From Candidatus Eiseniibacteriota bacterium (lineage in GTDB: Bacteria > Eisenbacteria > RBG-16-71-46 > JABDJR01), in the NCBI GenBank assembly GCA_963783375.1, contig CAWANH010000028.1:544001-608000 (forward strand): a stretch of 64,000 nt of DNA, in the 5' to 3' direction. Within the stretch, counting starts at the first letter, position 1. Each line of letters opens with the position of its first letter. Below the pieces are notes generated by a model, which saw nothing but the letters and a program-made list of their open reading frames with translations, was not told the origin of the DNA and did no database searches. This document shows positions 21,615 through 31,701 of this stretch, piece after piece. The translations under genes and the position numbers were made by a program.

Positions 21615-24600
21615 ATGCCGAAATCCCCGGATCTGCGTGTCCTCATCCACCCCGATCCCCTTCGGTTGGAACAGGAACTCGCCGAACGGGTTCGGGGATA
21701 TCGGACGGGACCCGGGGACGCGTTCGATCCCATCCTGATCCTGACCGCATCCCGCCGCCAGGCCGAGCGGATCCGGGAGGTTCTGGCCGCGGATGCGGGA
21801 GCGCTCCTCGGGGTGGAGGTCCTCACCCACCAGGCCCTGGCGTTCCACCTGATCGAGGAGGATCCCCACGATCCGACGCCCGGCCTCGCCCCCCGCCCGC
21901 TCCTCGACACCCTTCTCGAGCGGGTGCTGGCCGCGAACCCCGAAGCCCGGCTTGCCCGCTACGCCGCCGACCACCCCACCGCCGCGCGGGGAATCGGGGG
22001 GTTGCTCCGGGAGCTCCGCGAGGCGGGGATCTCCCCGGCCGACCTGGGCCGGCTGGCCGCCCGAGGGGACGCCTCGCCATGGACGGCGGAGCTCGGCGAT
22101 CTTCTCTCCGGCTACGAGAGCGCGGTGGCGCGCCTGGAGGATCCGGGCTCCCCCGGGGGCGGGTTCACCGACCGGGCCGGTCTGGCCCGGCGCGCGGTCC
22201 GGGCCGCCGGGCGGCGCCCCCCCTACCGCGCGGTCTTCCAGATCGGGGCCTACGAGCTGGTGGGGATGAACCTGGACCTGGTGCGGGCCCTCCCCACCCG
22301 CGAGGGAGTGGTGTTCCTGGTGCCCGCCGATCCCGAGGCTCCGGCCTGGCGCCGCGCCCTCGTCTTCACCGGGGAGCGCCTGGGGGTGAAGCCGGAGGCC
22401 CTGGAAGACGGGGCCGACGGCGCGCGGCCGCTGGTACGGGCGACCCGGATCTTCCGGCGCCGCGACGACCGCCCCGCCGAGGCCTCGGTGGACGCACCGG
22501 TGCGCCTGGCCCATGCCCAGGGGCCGGAAGCCGAGCTGAACTTCGCGGCCCGCCATGCCTTGAAACTGGCCGCCGACGGAGTTCCGCCCCACGAAATCGG
22601 GATCGTGGCGCGCACCCTGGAGCCCTACGCCGCCCTGGCCGAGACGGTGTTCGGACGGCACCGGCTTCCGGTGGAAAGCTCGACCGCGCTTCCCCTCTCC
22701 CGCCATCCCAAGGCGCGCGCGTTCCTGCTCCTCCTCGCCGCGCTGGCCCGAGGGTTCGAGCGGCAGACCGTGGTGGACCTGTTGCGTTCGCCGTACCTGG
22801 CCCGTCCCGAAGGTGGCGGCTGGCGGCCGGACGCCTGGGACCGCTGGTCGCGGAAGCATCGGATCGTGGAGGGGGCGGCCGCGTGGTCGGAGGACCTCCC
22901 CGCGGCGATCCGGGAGGAGGTGCCGCCGGAATGGATCCGCGCCGATCCCGAGGAGGCGCGCCGGTTCGCCGAGCGCCGCCGCGACGACGCGGCTTCGGCC
23001 GAGGTGCTCGCGGAGACGGTGCGCGCCTGGGCCGAGGCCCGCCGGCGCTGGAACGCCTGCCGGAGCGGAGCCGAACACGCGGACTTCGCGCGCGCCCTGG
23101 CCGCGCGGTGGATCTGGAGGTGGGGAGCGACGGAGGGGACGGACCCGGCCGGGGACTTCGCGGCGGCGGCCCGAACCACCCAGTCGGTGAACGACGCGCT
23201 GGCCGGGGTGCTGGACGATCTCGAATTGCTGGACGTCCTGGAAGGGGACGGCGCGGACGCCGGGCTCACGGTGGTCGAGGCCCTGACGTTCCTGGAGTCG
23301 GCGGTGGAGGAGGCCGAGCTTCCCTGGCCGTCGACCCCCGGCGGGGTGCGCTTCCTGGACGTGATGCAGGCCCGAGGCCTCACCTTCCGCCACCTGTTCC
23401 TGATCGGGTTCAACGCGGATCTCATGCCGCGCCGCCCGCGCGAAGATCTGTTCCTCTCCGACGCGTCGCGCCGGGCGCTGCGCGAGGCCACCGGGCGGCC
23501 CCTGGCCGTGCGCCTGGAAGGGCGCGAGGAGGAGTGGCTCCTCTTCGCCCAGACCGTGGCCGCGGCGACCGGGAGCCTGACCGTGACCTGGCAGCGCGCC
23601 GACGCGGGAGGCAAGGCGCGGACGGTGTCGATCTTCCTCCGCGAGCTGGCCCGGGCGCTTCCCGGCCAGCCGACGCTCCGGGAGGTGCTGGAGGCAACCG
23701 CCGGGACTCCGCCCGAGCGGGTGCCCACCCACCCCACCCGGGCCGCGGCCTGGCTCGCCGCGGGGACCGGACTCCTCTCCCGCGAGGAGGGGGCGCTCTG
23801 GGTGTCGGACCGGGCCCGGGGGGGCGCTACCGCCCTGGAGACTTTCCTCCGGGAGATCGATCCGGCGGCGGCGGAGGCCCTGGCTCCGGGGATCCGCCTG
23901 GCCCGGACCATCGAGCGGTTCCATCCCCCGGGACCGGCGGCGGAGGCGCTGGCCTACGACGGCTTCCTCCCCGCGGGGAGCGGCTGGGACCGCCCCTTTT
24001 CCGCCTCCAGCTTCGGGGACCTGGGGCGCTGTCCCCAGAAGTTCTTCTTTCGATACGTCCTGGGGGCACGCCCCCTGGACGAGGCGACCGAGGAGTTCCG
24101 CTTCGAGGCCCGGGAGCTTGGAAGCTCCATCCATCTCGTCCTGGAACGGGTGTTCGACGAGCTTCGAGATGCCGGGCTGCTGAACGGCGACACCCCGGCG
24201 GCGCGGCTGGTGGAGCGCGGCCTGGCCTCGGTGGAGCGGCACTTCGCCGAGGTCCTGGAGCCGATCGCCCGGCGGGTGGAGCCCCACTTCCCCGTCCTCT
24301 ACCGGAACGCGATCCGGATGTGGCGGGCGGAACTCGACGCCTTTCTCCGCGCGGATCTCACGCGGCTGGCCGGGGAAGGACAGCGGCTGGTGGGAACCGA
24401 GCTTTCCTGGACCACTTCGGTGCCCCTGGAGCGGGGCGCCGCCCTCCGCGACGCTTCGCCGGAGGCGGACGCGGTGGCCGTCCGGGGGGTCCCCGACCGG
24501 GTGACCGCCGATTCCGGCGAGACCTGGTTGGTGAGCGACTACAAGACGTCGGGAAAGCTCGACGGCCGGATCGATCCCAAGGAGTACCTGACCGGCCACC

Positions 24601-25001
24601 AGGTGCAGCTCCCGCTCTACGTGCTCATGGCCGGGGCCTCGGGGGCGCCGGGCCCGGTGGCCGCGGAGCTTCTGGGCCTGGGACCCTTCTACCTTCCCGA
24701 CGCCGGGTTCGCGCGGACGGGGGCGGTAGCGCTTCCCGAGGACTTCGAGACGCTTCGGGCCGGGTTCGAGGAGACCCTGCTCGTGCTGGCGGAGACCGCC
24801 CGGGACGGACGGTTCCCCTTCAACGAGGGATTCCACTGCGATTGGTGCGACTTCCGGCCCGCCTGCCGCCGCCATCACTACCCGAGCGCGGTGCGCCTGG
24901 GGGAGCACGACGCCTACCGGGAGTATTTCCGGACCCAGCGGAAGTCCAAGACCAAGTCCACCCTGGCCGAGGTCGCGGCCAAGGACGGAGAGGAAGCATG
25001 A
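21615..25001 (+). CDS. addB: AddB-like nuclease subunit (inactive helicase fold + PD-(D/E)XK nuclease with Fe-S cysteines)
   Basis: ARGLTF, SASS...CP.KFF, G..DRV...DYKT...QLPLY, CDWCDFRPAC. Confidence 0.85.
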   Translation: MPKSPDLRVLIHPDPLRLEQELAERVRGYRTGPGDAFDPILILTASRRQAERIREVLAADAGALLGVEVLTHQALAFHLIEEDPHDPTPGLAPRPLLDTLLERVLAANPEARLARYAADHPTAARGIGGLLRELREAGISPADLGRLAARGDASPWTAELGDLLSGYESAVARLEDPGSPGGGFTDRAGLARRAVRAAGRRPPYRAVFQIGAYELVGMNLDLVRALPTREGVVFLVPADPEAPAWRRALVFTGERLGVKPEALEDGADGARPLVRATRIFRRRDDRPAEASVDAPVRLAHAQGPEAELNFAARHALKLAADGVPPHEIGIVARTLEPYAALAETVFGRHRLPVESSTALPLSRHPKARAFLLLLAALARGFERQTVVDLLRSPYLARPEGGGWRPDAWDRWSRKHRIVEGAAAWSEDLPAAIREEVPPEWIRADPEEARRFAERRRDDAASAEVLAETVRAWAEARRRWNACRSGAEHADFARALAARWIWRWGATEGTDPAGDFAAAARTTQSVNDALAGVLDDLELLDVLEGDGADAGLTVVEALTFLESAVEEAELPWPSTPGGVRFLDVMQARGLTFRHLFLIGFNADLMPRRPREDLFLSDASRRALREATGRPLAVRLEGREEEWLLFAQTVAAATGSLTVTWQRADAGGKARTVSIFLRELARALPGQPTLREVLEATAGTPPERVPTHPTRAAAWLAAGTGLLSREEGALWVSDRARGGATALETFLREIDPAAAEALAPGIRLARTIERFHPPGPAAEALAYDGFLPAGSGWDRPFSASSFGDLGRCPQKFFFRYVLGARPLDEATEEFRFEARELGSSIHLVLERVFDELRDAGLLNGDTPAARLVERGLASVERHFAEVLEPIARRVEPHFPVLYRNAIRMWRAELDAFLRADLTRLAGEGQRLVGTELSWTTSVPLERGAALRDASPEADAVAVRGVPDRVTADSGETWLVSDYKTSGKLDGRIDPKEYLTGHQVQLPLYVLMAGASGAPGPVAAELLGLGPFYLPDAGFARTGAVALPEDFETLRAGFEETLLVLAETARDGRFPFNEGFHCDWCDFRPACRRHHYPSAVRLGEHDAYREYFRTQRKSKTKSTLAEVAAKDGEEA

Positions 25002-28000
25002 GCCGCCCCCTCCCCGATCGCGACGACCGCCTCCGCGCGGCCACCGACTTCGACACCAACCTGGTGGTGATCGCCGGAGCGGGGACCGGGAAGACCAGCC
25101 TCCTGGTGGAGCGGTTCCTGAACCTGGTGCTCTCGGGACGGGCGGAACTCCGCGAGGTGACCGCCATCACCTTCACCGAGAAGGCGGCGGGAGAGATGCG
25201 GCAGCGGGTGGCCCAGGCCCTGGACGACGTGCTGGCGGCCACGGGCCCCGGGGCTCCGCCGGCCCTGGACGAGCGCACCGAGGCGGGGCGAAGCCTGGGC
25301 TGGCTGCTGGAGACGTGCGGCCTGGCTCCGGACGAGGTCCGCGCGCGCGCGATCGGCGCTCTGGAGGACCTGGACGCGGCGGGGATCAGCACCATCCACT
25401 CCTTCTCGTCGGATCTTCTCCGGCGGAACGCCGTCCACGCCGACCTTCCTCCGGAGTTCTCGGTGGACGAGGGGCTGGCCCAGGAGCTCCTGTTCGACGA
25501 GGTCTGGCCGGAGTTCCTGGCCCGGGAGCTGGGGCCGGGGGCGACGCGGATCCCGCTCTGGGAACGGGTGCTTTCCGCCTTCACCGAGGAGGCGATCGAG
25601 GAGATCGCCCGGGCGACGGCGATGGACCCCGCGGCATGCGATCTTCTGGCCCGGGAGGGATACCGGGCGGTGGATCCGGTGGCCGCCTTCGGGGAGCGGG
25701 CAGCGGCGCTCCTCGACGACCTGGGCGTGTACCGGGGAGAGGTCACGGCCAAGCGGACCGGGAAGATGCAGGCCTTCATGGACACCGCGCTGGCGCTCCT
25801 GCGGGAGTTTGCGGACGGCGGCCCCGAAGCGCTCCGGGCCGCCGATCCGGGGGCGTTTCCGCTCCCGGTGTTCTGGGAACGCAAGGAAGCGTTCTCCGCC
25901 GGCCCGGACAAGATCCTGGGCGGGAGGAAGGCGATCATCGAGGACGCGTCGGTCGAGGCGCTGAAGCTCCTCAAGACCCTCCGCGAGATCGACGAGGGCG
26001 CCTTCCCCGATCTCTTCGAGGCGCTCCGCCCCTTCGCCGCCGCGTTCCGCCTCCGGGCGGTCCGGGAGGGAAAGCTGGCCTTCGAGGATCTCCTTCTCCT
26101 GTCCCGAAACCTCCTTCGCGACCGGCCCGACGCGCGCGCGCGCGAGGCGGCCCGCCACCGGACCATCCTCCTGGACGAGTTCCAGGATACCGATCCGCTT
26201 CAATACGAAATCGTTTTCTATCTCTCGGCCCTGAATCCCGGCCAGCCGATCGACGACCCCTTCGCGGTGGATCTCGCCCCGGGGCGGCTCTTCATCGTGG
26301 GGGACCCCAAGCAGTCCATCTATCGCTTCCGGGGAGCGGACATGGCCGCGTTCATGCGGGCCCGCGACCGGGTGCTGGTGGAGGGGGCCACCGGAAGCCT
26401 CCGGTCCAATTTCCGGAGCGTCCCCGAGGTGCTCGAACCCCTGAACGACCTGTTCGCCGGATGGATCGGGCCGGCGGAGGAGGCCGACCGCGACGTCGAG
26501 CCGGAGTACGAGCCGATCACCGCGGCGCGGCCGAAGGCGGGGGACGGCCCCCGGGTGGAACTCTGGTCGGTGCGCGCGCCGGAGGGGACGAAGACCGAGT
26601 TCACCCGGGCCGCCGAAGCCTCGATCATCGCGGCCAGGATCCTGGAGCTTCTGGGGAGCCCGGGCCGCGACCGCCCCCTCACCCTCCGCGACTTCGCCGT
26701 GCTCTTCCGGTCGCTGAACGACGTGGTGGTCTACGGCCGCGCGTTCCGGGAGGCGGGGATCGACTTCGTGGTGGACGGCGGGAAAGCGTTCACCGAGCGG
26801 CCCGAGGTGGTGGAGGCGCTGGCGCTCCTGGCCGCCCTGGCCAACCCGGCCGATCCGGTGGCCACCCTGGCCGTGCTCCGCTCGGCGGTGGGCGGCGCGC
26901 CCGACCCTGAGCTGGCCGCCTACGCCCGCGGGGGCGGCCGGTTCTACTGGCCGGGAGCGTCGAGGCGGAGGGCGGATCCGGCGCCTTCCCGGAACGCCGC
27001 GAGCATGGGGGAGGACGGGGGCGCGGCGGGGTTCCCGCGCGTCGCCGCCGGGCTCGCGTTCCTCGATCGCCTCCACGAGGCCACCGCCCGGCTCCCGGTG
27101 GACCGGCGGATCATGGCCGTCCTCACCGAGGGGGAGTTCCTCCTGGTCCAGGGGGCTTTCGCGGAGGGGGCCCAGCGCACCGCCAACGTCCGGAAGCTGG
27201 CCGAGCGCGCGGCCACCCTGGCCCGCGAGCAGGGGCTCACCCTGGAGGGGGCGATCACCTGGCTCCGGGACGAGTTCACCGGGAACCGCACCGAGGGGGA
27301 GAGCCCCCTGGCCGACGAGGCGGTGGACGCGGTCCGGTTCCTCACCATTCACAAGGCCAAGGGACTCGAGTTTCCGGTGGTGTTCCTCCCCGACCTGAAC
27401 CGCGGGACCCGGCCGAACCAGGCGGTGACCCGGGTGACCGCCCCACCGGTGGACGGCCGGCGGTTCCTGGCCGCGGTCTCGGCCGGGCGCCGCACGATCC
27501 GGAACACCGCGGCGGTGATCGCCGACGAGGAGACCCGGCGCCACGAGGCGGCGGAACAGAAGCGGGTCCTCTACGTCGCCTCCACCCGGGCCGGGGACCG
27601 GCTCTTCCTCCTGAACAGCGGGGTCTCGAAGCTCAGCCCGTGGGTCAAGGCGCTCCAGGAACAGTGGGGGTACCGGATCGACAAGCAGCACGAAGAGGAT
27701 CCCTTCGCGGGAAACGGCGGGACCCTCTGCGACGGCCGGGTGATCCATCGCTCGATCCTGGTCGCCGAATCGCCGTCCGAGCCCGCGCCGCGGCTCGAAG
27801 TGGACGCGGAGAAGGCGGCCCGGGCGTTTCGCGCCGCGGGGGAAACCGCGGCCGGGGCGGCGAAGCGCCGGTGGCGAACCCCCAGCGCCGACCATCGCGC
27901 CCGGGCGACCGACGCCGCGGCGCGGGAAACCGAGCTTCCCCACCCCCGGGAACGTGACCTGGCCCGGGCGGCGGGGCGTGCGGTTCACGCCGCGCTCGAG

Positions 28001-28441
28001 CACGCGGACTTCACCCGTCCCGGGGAGATCGTCGGGGGATTGGAGGCCGCGGCCCGCGCCGCCGCCGGGGAGTTCGGGCTCGATCCGGCCGCGGTGCGCG
28101 CCGCCGCCGAGGCCGCCCTGGCCGCGTTCCTGGGCTCCGATCTCCCCGCCCGCCTGGCCCGGGCGGAGATCCTGGGCCGCGAGACCGCGGTGCTCTTCCG
28201 GGACGACGCGGGAACGACGGTGCACGGCTATGCCGATCTCGTCTATCGTCTCGACGGCCGCGTCCACGTGGCGGACTACAAGACCGACGCCGGGGACCCG
28301 GCCGGGCTGGCCTCGGCCTACCGCGACCAGCTTCGGGACTATGTCACGGCGGTCCGAACCGCCATGAGCCTCGACATCGACCCGGTGGCCGAGCTTCTCC
28401 TGGTCCGCTCGGGAAAGCGGGTGGAGATCGACCTCGGATGA
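24998..28441 (+). CDS. addA: AddA-like UvrD helicase-nuclease
   Basis: AGAGTGKT, TFTEKAA, TIHSF, DEFQDT, VGDPKQSIYRFRGAD, NFRS, TIHKAKGLEF, YVASTRA, C-terminal ADL..DYKT. ATGA overlap with addB. Confidence 0.9.
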   Translation: MSRPLPDRDDRLRAATDFDTNLVVIAGAGTGKTSLLVERFLNLVLSGRAELREVTAITFTEKAAGEMRQRVAQALDDVLAATGPGAPPALDERTEAGRSLGWLLETCGLAPDEVRARAIGALEDLDAAGISTIHSFSSDLLRRNAVHADLPPEFSVDEGLAQELLFDEVWPEFLARELGPGATRIPLWERVLSAFTEEAIEEIARATAMDPAACDLLAREGYRAVDPVAAFGERAAALLDDLGVYRGEVTAKRTGKMQAFMDTALALLREFADGGPEALRAADPGAFPLPVFWERKEAFSAGPDKILGGRKAIIEDASVEALKLLKTLREIDEGAFPDLFEALRPFAAAFRLRAVREGKLAFEDLLLLSRNLLRDRPDARAREAARHRTILLDEFQDTDPLQYEIVFYLSALNPGQPIDDPFAVDLAPGRLFIVGDPKQSIYRFRGADMAAFMRARDRVLVEGATGSLRSNFRSVPEVLEPLNDLFAGWIGPAEEADRDVEPEYEPITAARPKAGDGPRVELWSVRAPEGTKTEFTRAAEASIIAARILELLGSPGRDRPLTLRDFAVLFRSLNDVVVYGRAFREAGIDFVVDGGKAFTERPEVVEALALLAALANPADPVATLAVLRSAVGGAPDPELAAYARGGGRFYWPGASRRRADPAPSRNAASMGEDGGAAGFPRVAAGLAFLDRLHEATARLPVDRRIMAVLTEGEFLLVQGAFAEGAQRTANVRKLAERAATLAREQGLTLEGAITWLRDEFTGNRTEGESPLADEAVDAVRFLTIHKAKGLEFPVVFLPDLNRGTRPNQAVTRVTAPPVDGRRFLAAVSAGRRTIRNTAAVIADEETRRHEAAEQKRVLYVASTRAGDRLFLLNSGVSKLSPWVKALQEQWGYRIDKQHEEDPFAGNGGTLCDGRVIHRSILVAESPSEPAPRLEVDAEKAARAFRAAGETAAGAAKRRWRTPSADHRARATDAAARETELPHPRERDLARAAGRAVHAALEHADFTRPGEIVGGLEAAARAAAGEFGLDPAAVRAAAEAALAAFLGSDLPARLARAEILGRETAVLFRDDAGTTVHGYADLVYRLDGRVHVADYKTDAGDPAGLASAYRDQLRDYVTAVRTAMSLDIDPVAELLLVRSGKRVEIDLG

Positions 28442-28490
28442 AGCGCCGGCCGCCCCGGCTCCCGGCGTGGTACAAGTCGAAAGGATCCCG

Positions 28491-29351
28491 GTGAGCTTCG
28501 ATTCGGTTCCGCGCCTCGGCGCGTCCGCGCTCCTCGAGCGCTACCCGTTCCTCCTCCTCGACGCCTACGGCGTCCTCATCACCCATGACGGGCTGATCCC
28601 GGGGGCGGCGGCGTTCGTCGACCGCCTGAACGAGTCCGGGAAGCCCTACCTCATCCTCACCAACGACGCCTCGCGAAGCGCCGCGACCTCGAGCGCCCGG
28701 TACCGGCGAATGGGTCTGGCCGTCGACCCGGCCCGCATCGTGAGCTCGGGGATGCTCCTGGCCGGGTATTTCCGGGAGCACGGCATGGAGGGGATGCGCT
28801 GCGCGGTGCTCGGCCCCGAGGACGCCTCGATCTACGTGTCCGAGGCGGGCGGAGAGCCGGTCCCGATCCTCGACGACATGGACGCGGACGCGGTGATCGT
28901 GTGCGACGAGGGCGGCTACTCGATGCTGGAGGCGATGGACCGGGTGCTGAGCCTTCTCTTCCGGAGGCTCGACGCCGGAGAGCCGACGCGCCTGGTCCTG
29001 GCCAACCCGGACCTGGTCTACCCGGCCGGGCCGGGGCGGTTCGGGATCACCGGCGGGAGCATGGCCCTGATCCTGGAGAAGGCGCTCCGCCACCGGTATC
29101 CGGGGCGGGACGACCTCCGATTCGCGCGCCTGGGCAAACCACACGCCCCGATGTTCGCCGAGGCCTTGCGGCGCTCGGGCACCCGCGAGATGGTGATGGT
29201 CGGGGACCAGCTCGCCACCGACATCCGGGGCGCGGTCGACTTCGGGATCGACTCCGCCCTGGTCACGACCGGCATGACCCGGGTCGAGGGGCCGGCCCCG
29301 GAGGGAGGGCCGATCCCGACCTGGATCCTCCCTTCCCTGGCGCTCGACTGA
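28491..29351 (+). CDS. HAD-IIA family hydrolase
   Basis: DAYGVL, LTN, NPD, GKP, VGDQLATDI.GA. Confidence 0.88.
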   Translation: MSFDSVPRLGASALLERYPFLLLDAYGVLITHDGLIPGAAAFVDRLNESGKPYLILTNDASRSAATSSARYRRMGLAVDPARIVSSGMLLAGYFREHGMEGMRCAVLGPEDASIYVSEAGGEPVPILDDMDADAVIVCDEGGYSMLEAMDRVLSLLFRRLDAGEPTRLVLANPDLVYPAGPGRFGITGGSMALILEKALRHRYPGRDDLRFARLGKPHAPMFAEALRRSGTREMVMVGDQLATDIRGAVDFGIDSALVTTGMTRVEGPAPEGGPIPTWILPSLALD

Positions 29352-29421
29352 CCCGGAGCGGAACCGGCGCGTCGCCGATCGACCCGGCGCGGCGGCCGAC
29401 AAACGGGGCCGCGAGGAAACC

Positions 29422-30447
29422 ATGACCTGGATCTTCACGATCGTCGTCCTGGCCGCGATCGCCGCCGGCGGAACCGCGGCGCTTCGCGCGGCGACCCGTT
29501 TCCCGGGGCGGTCCCACCGCGGTCCGCTCCCCCCGTCGGACCCCGCGGAACGCGCCGCCGCCGTCCGTCTCCGCGGTCACGTTGAGACGCTCGCCGGGGA
29601 GATCGGCGAGCGGAACATCTGGACCCCGGACGCACTCCGGGCCGCCACCGGCTACGTGAAGACCGAGCTGGCCGGATTCGGCTACGCGGTCACCGAGACC
29701 GCCTTCGACTGCGAAGGGGTCACGGTCTCCAACCTGGAGGTGGCGCTTTCCGGCGCGGAGCGGCCGGACGAGATCGTGGTCGTCGGCGCCCACCTCGACA
29801 CCGTCCGCGGCTCCCCGGGGGCCAACGACAACGGCTCGGGGGTGGCGGCGCTCCTGGAGCTGGCGCGGCGCTTCGCCGACGCGCGGCCGGCCCGGACGTT
29901 GCGGTTCGTGGTCTTCGCCAACGAGGAGAACCCGTTCAGCCGGACCGAGACGAGCGGGAGCATCCGCTACGCCCGCCGGTGCGGCGCGACCCGCGAGCGG
30001 GTGGAAGCCATGATCTCGGTGGAGACCATCGGCTACTACCGCGACGACCCCGGATCCCAGCGCTACCCGTTCCCCCTGGCCCGCCTCTACCCCGATCGCG
30101 GGGACTTCATCGCCTTCGTGGGAAACCTCCGTTCGCGAGGCCTGGTGGCCCGCGCGGTGGCCTCGTTCCGGGAGCACGGCCGTCTCCCCAGCGAGGGCGG
30201 GGCCCTCCCCGGACGGCTCCCCGGGATCGGCTGGTCGGACCACTGGAGTTTCTGGCAGGAGGGCTATCCCGCGATCATGGTCACCGATACCGCGCCCTTC
30301 CGCTATCCCGCCTACCACCGGCCCGAAGACACGCCGGAGCGGATCGACTACGATCGCACCGCGCGCGCCACGGCGGGACTGGCCGGAGTGGTGGCCGACC
30401 TGGCCGGCATGGACCGGATCCCGAGGGACGCGCCGGAGGAGGCATGA
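29422..30447 (+). CDS. M28 family metallopeptidase
   Basis: GAHLD, GANDNGSG, NEE, SDH, YH..ED. Confidence 0.9.
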   Translation: MTWIFTIVVLAAIAAGGTAALRAATRFPGRSHRGPLPPSDPAERAAAVRLRGHVETLAGEIGERNIWTPDALRAATGYVKTELAGFGYAVTETAFDCEGVTVSNLEVALSGAERPDEIVVVGAHLDTVRGSPGANDNGSGVAALLELARRFADARPARTLRFVVFANEENPFSRTETSGSIRYARRCGATRERVEAMISVETIGYYRDDPGSQRYPFPLARLYPDRGDFIAFVGNLRSRGLVARAVASFREHGRLPSEGGALPGRLPGIGWSDHWSFWQEGYPAIMVTDTAPFRYPAYHRPEDTPERIDYDRTARATAGLAGVVADLAGMDRIPRDAPEEA

Positions 30448-30454
30448 AGCCGGC

Positions 30455-30970
30455 ATGAAACCGATTCGCGACTGCATCGGAAGAACCCTGCGCTGGACCC
30501 AGCCTCGCGTGTTCAAGCGGGAATACGAGCTTCGCGCGGGGGAAGACCTGCTGGCCACCCTCCGGTACGAGGGGTTCTTCGGCCGCGCCGCGCGGGCCGA
30601 AGCCTCCGGGGGGGTCTGGACCCTGAGCCAGGCCGGGTTTCCGGTGTCGCGGACGGTGGTGCGCCGCGAGGGCTCGGACGTGGAGCTGGCCGGGTACTCG
30701 CGCCGATGGCGGGGGGGCACCCTGGAGTTCGCCGGGGGACGGGTGTTCACCTCCAAATCGCTCCGCTTCTGGCCGCCGGAGTGGGGGTTCACGGACCGGG
30801 AAGATCACGTGCTGGTCCGCTTTCGCTCGGCGTGGAATCCCTTCAAGGCGTCGGCCCGGGTGACGATCGATCGGCGAGCCGACGGCCTGGAGGAGCTGCC
30901 GCTCCTCCTCTTGGTGGGCTGGCACGCGGCGATCCTGGCCCGGCGAGCCCGCCACCGAAGCGGGGGCTGA
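30455..30970 (+). CDS. hypothetical protein
   Basis: 171-aa beta-rich ORF in operon context with host-like codon usage. Confidence 0.7.
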   Translation: MKPIRDCIGRTLRWTQPRVFKREYELRAGEDLLATLRYEGFFGRAARAEASGGVWTLSQAGFPVSRTVVRREGSDVELAGYSRRWRGGTLEFAGGRVFTSKSLRFWPPEWGFTDREDHVLVRFRSAWNPFKASARVTIDRRADGLEELPLLLLVGWHAAILARRARHRSGG

Positions 30971-31113
30971 GCCCCGGACGGACGCCCCGACGGCCGCGCC
31001 GCGAGCGGCCGTCTTGCGCTAGACTCACCCGCTTCCCCGCTCCAAGACCCCATGAAGGCCGGGTCGGCCGACCACGCTCCTCTCGTGGGCAGGCCGGGCC
31101 AAGGAGGTTCAAG

Positions 31114-31701
31114 ATGGCACGCGGATGGGAGGGAGACCTGGTCCGCCTCGTCCCCCTCGACAAGGAGAAGCATCTCCAGAACGCCGTCGACTGGATGAAC
31201 GACCCCGAGGTCACCGAGTGGCTGGAGCGCGGCGACTTCCCCATGACCCACCTGGAAGAAGAGGCCTTCTTCGACCGGGTGTCGCAACCCTCCTCCACCG
31301 ATGTGGTGTTCGCCATCGAGACCCTGGAGGGGGTCCACCTGGGGTTCTCGGGCACCCACGGTATCGACTGGCGGAGCCGGGTGGGGAGCACCGGGAGCTT
31401 CATCGGCCGGAAGGACTTCTGGGGAAAGCGCTACGGCTCCGACGCGGTCCGCGTCCGCACCCGGTATCTCTTCGAGGTCCTGGGCCTTCGCCTGCTCCTG
31501 GCCGCGGTGATGGCGGGGAACGAGCGTTCCCTCCGGATGCTCAAGAGCTCCGGCTACCGCGAGGTGGGCCGGATCCCCGAACGCTGGTGGAAGCGGGGGG
31601 AATACCGGGACGAGATCGTCCTGGCCGCCGATCGGGCCTCGTGGACCGAGGCGATCGAGAAGGAGCCGGCCCCCGGCCCCATCGGAGAAGCTCCCCGATG
31701 A
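31114..31701 (+). CDS. RimJ/RimL-type GNAT N-acetyltransferase
   Basis: VRLVPL, FWGKRYGSDA, N.RS..ML...GY..VG. AAGGAGG RBS. Confidence 0.88.
   Translation: MARGWEGDLVRLVPLDKEKHLQNAVDWMNDPEVTEWLERGDFPMTHLEEEAFFDRVSQPSSTDVVFAIETLEGVHLGFSGTHGIDWRSRVGSTGSFIGRKDFWGKRYGSDAVRVRTRYLFEVLGLRLLLAAVMAGNERSLRMLKSSGYREVGRIPERWWKRGEYRDEIVLAADRASWTEAIEKEPAPGPIGEAPR

Noticed and set aside
22079-24997. 2120-aa ORF N-terminal extension of addA
   Set aside because: Off-frame overlap with addB with Arg/Pro/Gly-rich junk composition. The real start is at 24998.
21615-28441. Cas4-like or defence nuclease-helicase system
   Set aside because: Motifs, sizes and the ATGA-coupled order match housekeeping AddB-AddA.
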